From NCBI RefSeq assembly GCF_006345805.1, contig NC_043012.1, forward strand, positions 22,382,001-22,446,000: 64,000 nucleotides of DNA, written 5' to 3'. Below are positions 13,351 to 26,831 of this stretch, one piece after another (within the stretch, counting starts at the first letter, position 1; each line of letters begins with the position of its first letter). The translations under genes and the position numbers were made by a program. The notes below the pieces were generated by a model that searched no databases, was not told where the DNA came from, and worked only from the letters and a program-made list of their open reading frames with translations. This stretch comes from Octopus sinensis. Lineage: Eukaryota.

Positions 13351-13517
13351 CATATGTACATATATACGACAGGCTTCTTTCAGTTTCCGTCTACCAAATC
13401 CACTCACAAGGCATTGGTCGGCCCGGGGCTATAACAGAAGACACTTGCCCAAGATGCCATGCAGTGGAACCATGTGGTTGGTTAGCAAGCTACTTACCAC
13501 ACAGCCACTCCTGCGCC
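13111..13517 (-). mobile_element. SINE family A, full-length (tRNA head, internal CA/TA microsatellite, (AAAAGAGT)-like tail)
   Basis: Head ggcgcaggagtggctgtgtggtaag...ccatgtgg with an A-box-like element. Near-identical copies at 17108-17612, 39660-40067 and 62306-62693. A relationship to published octopus tRNA-SINEs is inferred, not checked. Confidence 0.9.
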
Positions 13518-14288
13518 TAATATAACATAATAGCAACAATACACACATAGACACATATGTATATAAATAGGATGATCATCATGGGTGAAACACTTTCCAT
13601 AATAAGTAGACCTGGGGTTTAACTTTAGCAACAACAATGTCATCAGATGAATATGCAGAAGAAAGCGGGGGGGGGGAGAAAAAGAGAGGATGAAAAGAAA
13701 TTAAGAAAACAAGATATATATATATATATATAAAAAAAACATGAAGTATGAGCAACACCAATGGTGGATTAATGAGTTCTTATTTACCAGTTCTACTTCC
13801 CCACATCATTTCTAGCTTCAAAACGAGATTTACAAGTTCTGATATGAGAGAAATAGAAATATTTCCATGTAATAATTCCAGAAGCAGGCATCATGCTATG
13901 GGGAGGTAAAGTTGCCAAATCAATAGCTTATGGAATTTCAGAGACCATATCTTTAAGAATTATTGCCATTGATCCTTTTTCTACTGATAATTGAATAATT
14001 AAACAAAAGAAACTAAACAACAACACAAAAAAATATTTTAAAAAATAAAAGAAGAACTATATTTAAACTGATTAAAAATTAGTTTAACCGAAAGGTGTTA
14101 TTCGGCAATTTAAAGACTTGATATTTCCATGTTCATGATTTCTCTACCGCATTTTTTTTTTCTTGTTATTTTCTTTTTGGAATGTGTCAAGTTATCAATA
14201 AAGAATTATTGATCTATTGATCAGTTATCTGATTTAAGAATCATAGTTGTTGTTCTTCTTGAGTTTTTTTTAAAGTTTATTTCATATA

Positions 14289-14332
<44 letters not shown>

Positions 14333-14426
14333 CACACAAATGCATTTATGTTTATATATACATATGTTTGTGCATATTTGTATATATATATATATGTAAA
14401 TATATATGTAAATATATATGCGTGTG

Positions 14427-14477
<51 letters not shown>

Positions 14478-15030
14478 ATATATAATATATATATTACTTA
14501 CAACACATGCATATATATACATACATATATATATATACACACACATACATATATACATACACACATATATGCATGTGTATATATATACACACAAGTAGCC
14601 AGTTATTGTATATTTTATAATGGAAATGCTTCAACACTTATATAACAGCAGGAAGAGGAGGGGGGGATTGATGTGGAATATTCCTCTGACATTGGTGATG
14701 TGTAGATATGAAACAATGCAATATAAAGATTGTGGCTGTGGTGTGTGTGTGTATATATATATATATGTATGTATGTATGTATGTATTGTATGTATGTAGT
14801 ATGTATGTGTGTATGTGTGTATGTATGTATGTATGTATGTATGTGTATATAAGCACAGGTGTGGCTGTGTGGTTAAGATGTTTGTTAAGCAGCCATGTGG
14901 TTTTGGGTTCAGTTCCAATGTGTATCATCTTGGACAAGTGTCTTTTCCTACAGTGTCATCCCTGGTTGACCAAAGCCTTTTGAGCACATTTGGTGGGCAG
15001 AAATGGGAAGACTGTAAATGTGTGTGTGTT

Positions 15031-15039
<9 letters not shown>

Positions 15040-15095
<56 letters not shown>

Positions 15096-15325
15096 CAGAG
15101 AGGGAGGTAAAGAGAGAGAGACAGACAGACAGAGAGGTAAAAGAGGGGATGAGGACGAGAGGAGAGAGGTTAAGAGAGAGAGAGGAGAGAGAGAGGGACA
15201 GAGCAGAGAGGAGGTAAAGAGAGAGAGAGGACAGACAGAGAGGAGAAGAGAGAGAGAGAGAGAGACAGACAGGCGAGAGGTAAAGAGAGAGAGAGAGAGA
15301 GACAGACAGAGAGAGACAGAGAGGT

Positions 15326-15364
<39 letters not shown>

Positions 15365-15480
15365 CAGAGAGGGAGGTAAAGAGAGAGAGACAGACAGACA
15401 GAGAGGTAAAGAGAGAGAGAGACAGACAGACAGGCAGAGAGGTAAAGAGAGAGAGACAGACAGACAGACAGAGAGGTGTG
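15040..15480. repeat. (GA)n/(GACA)n array with GAGGTAAA higher-order units
   Basis: Direct inspection. Confidence 0.9.
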
Positions 15481-17107
15481 TATGTTTGTGTGCTTGTTTA
15501 TAGATTGACAAGCAACCAACAGAGAGAAAGGGGAAGAAAGAGAGAGGAAGAGGGGGAAAGAGAGAAAAGTGTGGAAGAAAAGAGAGAGAGAGAAGAGGAG
15601 GGACACTGAATGAGGGGTGAGTGAGGGGAGAGAGAGGAGGGTAGGAGACAGGAGGAGAGATAGCGAGGGAGGAGGGGGATAGAGAGATTATAAAATGTGA
15701 AGAGAATTATGAAGATTATTATAAAAAAAAATTGAAACAATTAACTCTCTCAGGAATTGAACCCACAACTTACTGTACAAATAGAATGTTGTCTATCTAG
15801 CTGTTTCTATATTTGAGAAGAAAATAACTGCATGTAATGAAGCACATATGGAGGCATTTATTCCTGCCAATGGTATCTCATTACACTTGTGATGAAATAT
15901 CATCAAACATCAAAGAACTACTGTCAAAATCTGTTTGATTTACATGCCAAAAAAAGTGTACAGACCATTCCTGAAGTCACTTTATAAATAGCCTGAATTT
16001 TGACCGCTCTGTAGAGATTGGCTTGAGATGTGACAGAAATTCATGTCTCGTGGCATTGCGATTTTGTGACAAATCTTAATGTGTCTTTTAATTTTTTCCT
16101 CCCCATTTTCTCTGTGATACATCAAATGAGAAACAAGAGGAATCTCACTTATAATTCAATGTGGACTTAAGTTTTAAAAAAAAACACAAGGATAGTGTTT
16201 CAAGATTCAACCCCAGAGATTACTAATCTATGAAAAAATATCTAACAGAACAAACCTGTGGGCGAATCAATAAGTAATCAGTTGCATCTGCTAGAAATAG
16301 CAGCAAAATTTCACTGCATATCACATCGAGTCACCATTATTATTATTATAATGTTCACTTTTTCATGCTTGCATGGGTTACACTGAGTTTATTAAGGTAA
16401 ATTTTCTACAGCAGGGTGCTTTTCCTGTTGCCAACCCTCACTTGATTCCAGGCAAAATAATATTTCCTCGTGACCAGACATGTTTTTGCAATATATTGGA
16501 AATGAACGACACTTCTTGTATGACAGTGACGGTCATTTGCATCTACCACATGAGACCAAGACAAGGAAACACAAACCTACACACACATGTGTACACATAT
16601 ACCAACATATATATTAAAATTGAGAAATCTGCATAAGGTGGAAGCAGATGTCCTCAAAAAGAAACCAGACATCCTCCTCTCCCACAATACCAGATGAACC
16701 AACAGCCTGGCATGAGGTGCAGACGAGGGTAGCAGAATCAAACTCCCTTACACATCAAATGGGCCAACAACTGGGACAAAGGTACATTTAGGAGTGGGGA
16801 TGTGAAACACCCCAGATTGAGGATATCAACAAGGCCATGGTGATGCTCCAGCATGACCATAGCTGCATGGCTGAAATGAGTAAAAAGAATAAGAAATATA
16901 TATGACTTTAAAAGTCCCTCCTAGCGTGCAGCATCTATGTGTAATGGTGCCCTCTATATAATATAATTAAATATTTTCAAGTTGAAAAAATTTACAGATT
17001 TTTTCTCTTATGAGGTTTTTTCATGCTAACTACTTGATAATTTCTTATGAAGATTTTATCCTATTTAAAAAAAATATATATATATATACACACACATATA
17101 TATATAT

Positions 17108-17612
17108 ACTCTTTACTCTTTTACTTGTTTCAGTCATTTGACTGCGGCCATGCTGGAGCAACACCTTTAATCGAGCAACTCGACCTCGGGACTTATTCTT
17201 TGTAAGCCCAGTACTTATTCTATTGGTCTGTTTTGCCGAACTGCTAAGTAACGGGGACATAAACACACCAGCATCGGTTGTCAAGCAATGCTAGGGGGAC
17301 AAACACAGACACACAAACACACACATACACATATATATATATACATATATACGACGGGCTTCTTTCAGTTTCCGCCTACCAAATCCACTCACAAGGCTTT
17401 GGTCGGCCCAAGGCTATAGTAGAAGACATGCCCAAGATGCCACGCAGTGGGACTGAACCCGGAACCATGTGGTTGGTAAACAAGCTACTTACCACACACC
17501 CACTCCTGCATAGAGGCTTTAGTAGAAGACACTTGCCCAAGGTGCCACACTGTGGAACTGAAACTGGAACCATGTGGTTGGTACGCAAGCTACTTACCAC
17601 ACAGCCACACCT
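17108..17612 (-). mobile_element. SINE family A with a tandemly duplicated head
   Basis: Full copy to ~17508, then a second head segment (agtagaagacacttgcccaagg...ccacacagccacacctgc). Confidence 0.85.
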
Positions 17613-17629
17613 GCTTAATGGCATTTCTC

Positions 17630-18030
17630 CAGGTAAGCTGGCAGAATTGGCAGTTCACTGGGCAAAATCTTTAGCACCATTTTGTTCATTTTTACATTCC
17701 AGTTGCTACAAGGTTGACTTAGCCTTTCATTCTTCTAGGGTAAATAAAATAAGTACCTATTTCTTTATTACCCACAAGGGGCTAAACATAGAGGGGACAA
17801 ACAAGGACAGACATAGGTATTAAATCGATTATATTGACCCCAGTGCGTAACTGGTACTTAATTTATCGACCCCGAAAGGATGAAAGGCAAAGTTGACCTC
17901 GGCGGAATTGGAACTCAGAATGTAATGACAGACGAAATACGGCTACGCATTTCGCCCAGCGTGCTCACGTTTCTGCCAGCTCGCCACCTTATAAAATAAG
18001 TACCGGCTGCATACTGGGGTCGATGTAGCA
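17630..18030. mobile_element. Old plus-strand SINE family B interrupted by a younger minus-strand family B copy (17757-17990)
   Basis: 13-bp TSD ataaaataagtac at 17744-17756 and 17991-18003. Confidence 0.85.
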
Positions 18031-18486
18031 GAGAGATTTATTATCATTGTTGTTATTAGTAGTAGTACTAATAGTCACAAATAGCTTGTTTTGGAATTAA
18101 AATCATACCAACATCAATTTTTGTCCTTCATCCTGACAGGCTAATTAAGATTAAATACCAGTTAGATATTGGGATTAATTTGATTGACTAATTACTTACT
18201 ACTCCCCCGGCACCAAATTTCTGTCCTTGTGCCTACTTCGGAAACGGTTATTAGCTTGTATATTCTTCAGAATATGACCAAAGCAAAGTTAGAGAACTCA
18301 ACACTGTAACTGAAATATAATGGTTGGCACGAAGATCTTGCGAGAGGGAAACATATTTTATTTCATTTTTTTGAGATAATTTAAAGTATTAAGTTTGTTA
18401 TTGTTTAACTGGTTGCTTTAGTCTTTTGATTAAGAACCTAAACACATGTACATAAACACATAAACACATATATATACATACAAGTG

Positions 18487-18529
<43 letters not shown>

Positions 18530-18538
18530 GTATATATA

Positions 18539-18605
<67 letters not shown>

Positions 18606-18637
18606 ATATATATATGTATATATATATATATATATGC

Positions 18638-18688
<51 letters not shown>

Positions 18689-20245
18689 TATATATATAAT
18701 TATATAAATATATATACATATATATATGTCTGTTATGTGGTGCTCTGCTTGTTCCAGTTAATTTAATAAATCCATCATGTTTGTCCTTTCGAATTTAATT
18801 AGACATCCTAATCCTGTATAATCTAATTAAGGCTCTTTGTGTCCCTAGAATTTAATTAAATCTCCTCGTCGTTCTACATAATTTAAAGCCACCTTGTCCT
18901 TTAGAATTTAATTAGATCATGCAGTTCTGCATAACTTACATAAACTTGCATATGATCTCTGAATATAATTAATTATAAACAGAACAGAACAGTATATATA
19001 TAATATATATATATTATATATATATATACACACACACATACACATGCATATATATATATATATATATAATATACACACACACATATATATATATATATGC
19101 ATGAAAATATGTATGTGCGGCATATATATAATTATGTATGCTGTATGTGTGAGTGTGTGTGTATATATATATGTGAGTATATATATATTGTAGATATTTT
19201 TTATTATTTTCCTTAAACAAAAAAAAAACATTACACGACAAAATACAAAGACAATCTTTAGAGTATTGTGTTATAAATTTGTCTTTAAGACAGGGCAATA
19301 ATTAGGTTAAAATTTACAGTTATGTGTCTATAGACAAGCCTATAGTAATTGTCAAGCCCATAGCCCTTTAAGCTATCACTTTATTTTGACAGTTTTAACT
19401 ACGAGTAAAAATCTGACGGAAAGAAATAATTTTTTTCAAAAAATTTTTTCCTTTTTATTATTTTGATATGTTAGTACAATTCAATTTTAATTTGAATCAC
19501 TTCTTTTTTATTTTAATTTGGATTGTTTACAAGGGTGATGATGCTGAGAATGATAGTAATGATGATGATGATAATGATGATGGTGGTGGTGGTGATTATG
19601 ATATTAACACTAATAGATTAAGTGTGATGAACACCTCCAGTCTTAGCTGCAAAATTAAATGTTAGTATGGAGAATACATTCGCAGACATGTACACACACA
19701 CACACACAAACACACACATACACACACAAATGCATATGCATACATACATGTATGCACATGTTCACAGTCACAGAAATGTATACATGTGAAAAAACCTTGA
19801 CAGAAGGTTCTTAATTCATTAATGTAGCGATAGACAAAGAATGGACTTTAAGGTGGAGCCGAACCTTACAAAGATGACAAAGTGATTTGGTGTTTTGCAG
19901 TTATCAAAACACAAATATGTATTCTATGACTCATAACCATACTCAAACCCCTCCCACACCCCACTTTTCTCTCTAAAGACTTTTGGTCAAATATTCACAT
20001 ATCCATCCAAATTTACAATATTTGCTTAAAAACCAATTCGACTGAGCAAGTCACTCAGTATTCTATGGTGAACAATACAACTGAGTCGTGGCAAATGACT
20101 CAGTCATCATCATTCTTATCATCATCATCATCAGCAGCAGCAGCAGTGGCATCATCATCATTGTTTTAATGTCTATATTCGGATGCCCTTGTTGTCGTTG
20201 ACCCTCACCTGTTTCCCAGCCAAAGAAATATTTTCCCCTGGCCAG

Positions 20246-20436
20246 ATATGATATAAACATCTCTATCATACATCACTTGTATGATAGAAATGCTTGATGT
20301 AAACATATTTCTATCATACACCATTTGTATGATGGAAATGTTTGATGTAAACATATCTCTATCATACACCATTTGTATGATGGAAATGTTTGATGTAAAC
20401 ATATCTCTATCATACACCATTTGTATGATAGAAACG
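20246..20436. repeat. 48-bp minisatellite of self-complementary units (3 full copies plus partials)
   Basis: Units at 20281-20328, 20329-20376 and 20377-20424. Confidence 0.9.
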
Positions 20437-21097
20437 CATATTTACAACTGTTACAAGACAAGGCTACATAAACACACACACACACACACGTGCACACAGG
20501 CACTCCAGCGGTTAGGATGACAAAGATTTCAATTGATCTGATCAGCAGAACAGCCTGCTCATGAAATTAACGTGCAAGTGGCTGAGTACTCCACAGACAT
20601 GCATAACCTTTACGTAGTTCTCAAAGAGATTCAACTTAACACAAAATGTAATAATGCTGGCCCCTTTTGAATTACAGGTACAGCTCATTTTTGCCAGCTG
20701 AATGAGACTGGAGCAATGTGTCTTGCTCAAGAACACTACACCGTTGGGAATTGAACTCACAACCTTATAATCATGAACCGAATCCCCTAACCACAAATCA
20801 CGTGCCTTCACTACCCACTCACATACATCTTTCAGTTTTATGTCGACCAGATCTGCTTACAGGCAGTGGGATTGAACCTACAAAGACTACATGATTGGGA
20901 AGCAGTCATTCTTGCACCTTAATAAAGTTTTGGTTGCCTGGCAACTGATTGAATAATCTTTGAAGCTAAACTTAGAGTTCTAACCAACGTAAATTTTATT
21001 TTATAATAAATTAGATTCAAATCTCAATTTTGATTCTCCTCATCAACAAATGTTCTGCTGTCATTCTGAAATCTGCTTTTAAAAATAAAATGTTTAT

Positions 21098-21455
21098 ATT
21101 GGCTATGTGGTAAGAAGTTTTCTTCCCAATAGCATGGTTCTGGGTTCAGTTCCTCTGTGTGGCACCTTGGGCAAGTGTCTTCTACTATAACCTTCGGCTG
21201 ACCAAAGCCCTGTGAGTGGATTTGGGAGACGGAAACTGAAAGAAGCTTGTCATATATCTTTATGTGTGTGTCTTTGTCCATGTTTGCCCCACCCCAACAG
21301 CCACTTAGCAGTTCAGCAAAAGTAACTGATAGAATAAGAGCAAGGCTTGAAAAAAAAAGAAAAATACTGGGGTTGATTTCTTCAACTAAAATTCTTTAAG
21401 GCAGTACTACAGCATGGCCTCGGCCTGATAACTGAAACAAGTAAAGAATATAAGA
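21098..21455 (+). mobile_element. SINE family A, plus orientation, about 50 bp from the WDR4 donor at 21505
   Basis: ggctatgtggtaagaag...gggttcagttcc...gcaagtgtcttctactata...gaaacaagtaaagaat. Confidence 0.8.
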
Positions 21456-21505
21456 CAATACACACACTCTCTCTCTCTCTTTCTCTCATTAATGTAAATA
21501 AATAC

Positions 21506-21710
21506 CTTGAATGTATCAGCATCACCAGCTTCAGGAAGATAGGTGAAGAGAGCTACAGGTTTCTCTTGCAATGGAAGCAGAATCCAAAGAGAAGAATCTG
21601 GTCCAAACTGGATGTCCCAAGGAACACAGGGTAGGTTATGGTCATCATGAAGGTTAATGCAAAGTGTCTTTTCCTCATTGGTGACTTTGTACACCTGAAG
21701 AACTGGAGAA
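21506..21710 (-). CDS. WDR4: WDR4/TRM82 internal exon
   Basis: Acceptor ttctatttttttgcag|T and donor AAG|gtattt. Reads SPVLQVYKVTNEEKTLCINLHDDHNLPCVPWDIQFGPDSSLWILLPLQEKPVALFTYLPEAGDADTFK, resembling vertebrate TPVVYIF...VWDVAF...LWVLQ...PLVLY. Phases are compatible on both sides. Confidence 0.92.
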
Positions 21711-21844
21711 CTGCAAAAAAATAGAAAGAAGGTTTGTATTCAAAGGCCTTCAAACAGAAACATTGTCTTTAATATTCCATTCTTTGTTGACAACAAAAGG
21801 TTTTATCTGAGTTAACAATAGATGTCATTTGTGTTGATAAAAGA

Positions 21845-22495
21845 TTTCATTTCTACTCTGGCACAAGGCCAGAAAATTTTTTTTTGGGGGGGGGGGGAAC
21901 CAGCCGATTAGATTCACCCCCAGTATGCAATTGGTACTTAATTTATTGAGTCTGAAAGGATAAAAGGCAAAGTCAACCTCAGCAGAATTTGAACTCAGAG
22001 CGTAAAGGCAGACGAAATACCTATTTCTTTACTACTCACTAGGGGCTAAACACAGAGAGGACAAACAAGAACAGACAAATGGATTAAGTCAATAATATCG
22101 ACCCCAGTGCGTAACTGGTACTTATTTAATCGACCCCGAAAGGATGAAAGGTAAAGTCGACCTCGGCAGAATTTCAACTCAGAGCATAAAGGCAGACGAA
22201 ATACCTATTTCTTTACTACCCACAAGGGGCTAAACACAGAGAGGACAGACAAATGGATTAAGTCGATTATATCGGCCCCAGTGCATAACTGGTACTTAAT
22301 TTATCAACCTCGAAAGGATGAAAGGCAAAGTTGACCTCGGCGGAATTTGAACTCAGAACGTAACAGCAGACAAAATACGGCTATGCATTTCGCCCGGCGT
22401 ACTAACGATTCTGCCATCTCGCCGCCTATAGGCAGACGAAATACCGCTAAGCATTTCACCTGGCATGTTTACGTTTCTGCCAGCTCCACTGCCTT
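21845..22495 (-). mobile_element. Nested/tandem stack of SINE family B copies
   Basis: Three SINE bodies, with new tails starting after ggcagacgaaatac at 22020 and 22203. That motif is duplicated again at ~22431-22445. Confidence 0.85.
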
Positions 22496-23234
22496 ATGTT
22501 GATAAAAGATTTGTTAAGTCATTAACCAAGATCATTGTTTTCTTGAGCAAAGCACTTCACTTCACATCACACCAGTCAACTCCACTGTCAATGACATATG
22601 GATTGGCATGCCATTCAAGAGTAATGTTGAGATCTTGGTTACTTAGACTCCATGGAAAGTGGTTAACTGGCCTTATAAGATTTAGGGCTTGAAACAATAC
22701 TTACGATAATAATGGTGATAACCATGTGAAATAGGCACCAAAAGAAGGCTTGGAGGTTATAATGGCTGAAACGCCATGTCTTTAACAACCAAGATGAGAG
22801 TACACCAGTCCAAATATATATATATCAATTTATAATAAACTAGAATTGTCCTTTAGTTCCACTGACAATAACTTTGATACTCTCAAAGACTTGCTTATTT
22901 TTATGATAAAAACTTTCGAAGAAATTAGAGGTTTGGTTAAAGAATGATAGATAAAAGGAAAAAAAAAGCTGCAAGATTCAAACATCTCCATCAGCAATTT
23001 GATTTTAAAACAACTTATTATTCTTATATTCTGCCAACTGCAACTAGAAGTCAATGAAATGGTCTGTTGCACACAATCTGGTCTGTTGCACATCATGCTT
23101 TTGTTCTGAGAAAAATGTCAGATCGGTATTTTTCGAAGGCATTTTTTAGAAAAGTTCTTGCAATTATAGAAACAAGAGAATCTGCCATTTATTTATTTTG
23201 ATTGGTGATGTGTGTATATGTGTGTGTATATATG

Positions 23235-23274
<40 letters not shown>

Positions 23275-24278
23275 ATATATGTATGTAATAAGTGTGTATA
23301 TGGTGGGGTGGTGGTTGCTGTTTATGAATATGTGTCCATGTGTTGAGAGCAGTGTGTGGGGTATGTGAAAACGAACTTCAAAATATACAATACATACATA
23401 CACACACACACACTCATATATATATATATGCACACACATGTATGGATATGTGTGTGTGCGTGTGTGAGAATATATATATATATATATACACTTGTATCTA
23501 TGTACATATATGTATGTATCTATGTGTGTGTGTGTATGTATGAACCCCCACACAAAACAAAACAAAGAAATGTTATTGCATAGTATGTAAATGTATATGA
23601 ATTCGAATATATTGCACTATTATATATACATGGCTTAATTTGATATTTAGCTTCAAATAATTGCATGATGGGGAGGCAATGAGGAAAGAAAAAGGAGGGA
23701 GAGAGAGAAAGTGAGAGAGAGTGAAGGAGGGAGAGAAATGATTAAAAAGTAAAAGTAGAGTGAGTTGAGGAGAAAGAGAGTGAGAAAGGTGAGATGGGGA
23801 AAAAATAAAGAGAAAAGTTGAATGAGAAGAGGAAAGGAAAATAGAAAACAAATTGCAGATAGACATATTTAAAGGGGAGAAGAGCACACATACACGTGTG
23901 TGAGTGGAGTGGTGAAAGTGGAGTGAGGGTGTGAGTATATATATGTATGTATATATATATTTATATATATATAGAGAGAGAGTGAGAGAGAGAGGTGGGT
24001 GTGTAGACAGCTAGATAGACAAATAGACAGAGTGACAGAGAGACAGGCAGATAGACCGACAGACAAATAGATAGATAGAGTGACAGAGAGGCAGACAGAT
24101 AGATAGATAGACAAACAGACAGACAGATAGACAGATTGATAGACAGATAGACATAAAGAGAGGTAGATGGAGCGAAAGAATGGAAAGGAAGAAAAGATAA
24201 CTGAAATAAGTTCAAAAGTAAATTGTGTGTGTATAGACATGTTTATATATGCATATGTATATAAATGCACATATACTC

Positions 24279-24352
<74 letters not shown>

Positions 24353-24966
24353 TATATATATATATATTGTATGTATGTCTGCATTTATGTGTGTGATAGT
24401 GGTTATAAAGAAAGAGGACAGTGATGAGAGAGAGAGAGAAGAGAGCAAAGGGGGAGAGAGAAAGAGACAGAGTGAAAGAGAGAATGCCATTTGCTTATAT
24501 TTTGCCTCACAGTCATTTCATACAGACAGACAAACAGACAGACAGACAGACTGCAATGAAATACACAGAATCCCTCTAAAAAAAAAACAACTTATATTTA
24601 TGTGATATAGGAATAGGGTGGAGAGCAATGCAAAGAGCTGGGTCATGGGGGACAGAATTGTATTTTGGTGGCGGCAAAAGAGGGCACAAGTACAATGTGA
24701 TAGCTAAGGGACACTGTAGAAGACAAAAAAAAAAAAAAGAAAGAGAGAAACAAATAACAAAATGACAGAACCAAACCAAAAGAATAAAGAGTGTATTTCT
24801 AGCGTCAGATGGTTGTTACTAGAAGATCTCTTGAAGCTCATCCTGATAATTCTGTCTTCTGATTGCCAAAGGTCTTACTTGTTATATACGACTCGGAAAA
24901 ACCCTTATTCCTGCTTCATGGTTCATGTCTAGATATAAATACATACATTCATACAAACATACATAC

Positions 24967-25022
<56 letters not shown>

Positions 25023-25484
25023 GTATATATATGTGTATTGTTTATACAGTAAGTTTCCCTGAAGCCTCTTTGGTTGAACATGTAGACAATGATGTGTGTA
25101 TATACATTTGTGTCCGTGCATGCGAGTGAGACTATGTGTGTGTATGTATGTGTGAGTGAGTGTGTGAATATCTGCATGTATGAGTGAATATATACATGTG
25201 ATGTGTGTGTGTGTGTGTGTATGTGTGTGAAAGAAAGAGAGAAATGTTGATAGAAGACAAAAATACATTTAAAATTGTTGTTGTTATTGTTGATGTTGTG
25301 TAACTATTTGCAATGGTTTGCCAAATTTAGATAGTTGAAATGAACAGAACAATTCCTTGGGACCTGGCTTCGAATCAAATCAGATGTAGAGGTGAGGGCA
25401 GGGCGAGGGGATCATGTACTGACTGGTTAGTATTATATACATGCATGTAATGCATATATATATATATGCAGCATACATAGGTGT

Positions 25485-25550
<66 letters not shown>

Positions 25551-25619
25551 TATACACATATATACACTACAGTATTGTACTACAGTATTCAACTATTTGT
25601 TATATCATTAATGGTTACT

Positions 25620-26410
25620 CCCTGTTGGACCCACTTCAGGATCCTGGGAGATGCACCCTTTGTCGTCCCATCTCATACTTCCCAGAACAAGTCGCAGGCT
25701 CATAGCTAGTTCTACTGGCATTGGATGAAGACTGCAACATATTTTTCAAATAGATCTTCTCTACCTAAGATCTGAAAGCATCCTTTGTTAAATAACACAA
25801 TGGACAGTGCAGTCTAGTTATTATTTCCGACCCTTTTAACTATGCAATATTTAATGGTCTTACTTGTGGGAGGCAGGAGACTGAATTGGATGCAAGCATT
25901 TCAGGTGTAGGTGCAGTAATGTTTCGGCTCCAGCATTCTTCAACAGAAGAATTGAGGTTAGTAAAAAAAAAACCAAACTTGCTGTCTTCAATTTGGTTTC
26001 TGTGTCTGATCTCATCTCATCTATGGTCAAGGAGGTTGGGTAATGACTGACAGAGTACAATTGCAAATACAAACAGGCAAAAAGGAGTTCCACTGAAGGA
26101 CCCCTGGTGTAACATCACTTCGTAGGGTGCATAGCTTGGAGATTAGGGAGTCTCTCTAGGTAAAGCCGCTACTTCTTTAAATTGCGGGATCACAAATCCA
26201 GTACTTCAGACATGCAATTAGAATGTCTTAGGAAAGAATTCTAAGAAGGATCCTTCAAATCGTACCAGCTGGCAGGAGATCTAGAGGTAGACTAAGAAAG
26301 AGATGATAAGATAATGTCCCTTATTGGTCATACTTGGGAATCCAGCTAGAAAGTCGAATGACAGTTGCTTCTGGTAGGGGTCTATGGAGGAGGTTCCTGA
26401 GGTCTCTACC
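25620..26410 (-). mobile_element. Highly degenerate non-LTR RT-like fragment (tentative)
   Basis: Relatively GC-rich unique block. The minus strand contains DVTPGVLQ followed by a shifted LFVFAIV, reminiscent of the LINE GVxQG...LF motif. No clean ORF. Confidence 0.3.
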
Positions 26411-26469
26411 CCATGACTTTCCCAAGAATAGTGGATGGAGAAAATGTATGATGGATTTATCTTTTATTT

Positions 26470-26831
26470 TTTGCTTGTTTCAGTCATTGGACTGTGGCCA
26501 TGCTGGGGTACCACCTTGAATGGTTTGGTTGAATAATAAATTGACCCCAAGACTTATTCTATTGGTATCTTTTGCTGAACTGCTACATCACTGGGACATA
26601 GACAAATCAACACCTGTTGTCAGGTGGTAGAGTTAGAAACAAAAAGACACACACACACACACATAGATTATAAGCTTCCACTCAGTTTCCATCTACCGAA
26701 TCCATTCATAGGACATTGGCTGTCCCTGGGCCATAGTAGAAGACACTTGTTCAAGGTGGCATGCTGTGGAACTGAACCCCAAAACTACATGGTTGTAAAG
26801 TAAACTTCTTAACTACTCAGCCACGCCTGCA
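26470..26831 (-). mobile_element. SINE family A, diverged
   Basis: cttgtttcagtcattggactgtggccatgctgg...agtagaagacacttg...cagccacgcctgc. Confidence 0.75.

Noticed and set aside
20246-20436. CRISPR-like array of palindromic repeats
   Set aside because: No variable spacers (constant 5-nt linker), eukaryotic context, and no cas genes.
21407-21505. Extended WDR4 ORF beyond the donor (VFIYINERKRERE...)
   Set aside because: Intron read-through into (GA)n and a SINE tail; the true exon ends at 21506.
22830-23160. hAT transposase C-terminal fragment
   Set aside because: Only a vague motif resemblance across frameshifts; too weak to call.
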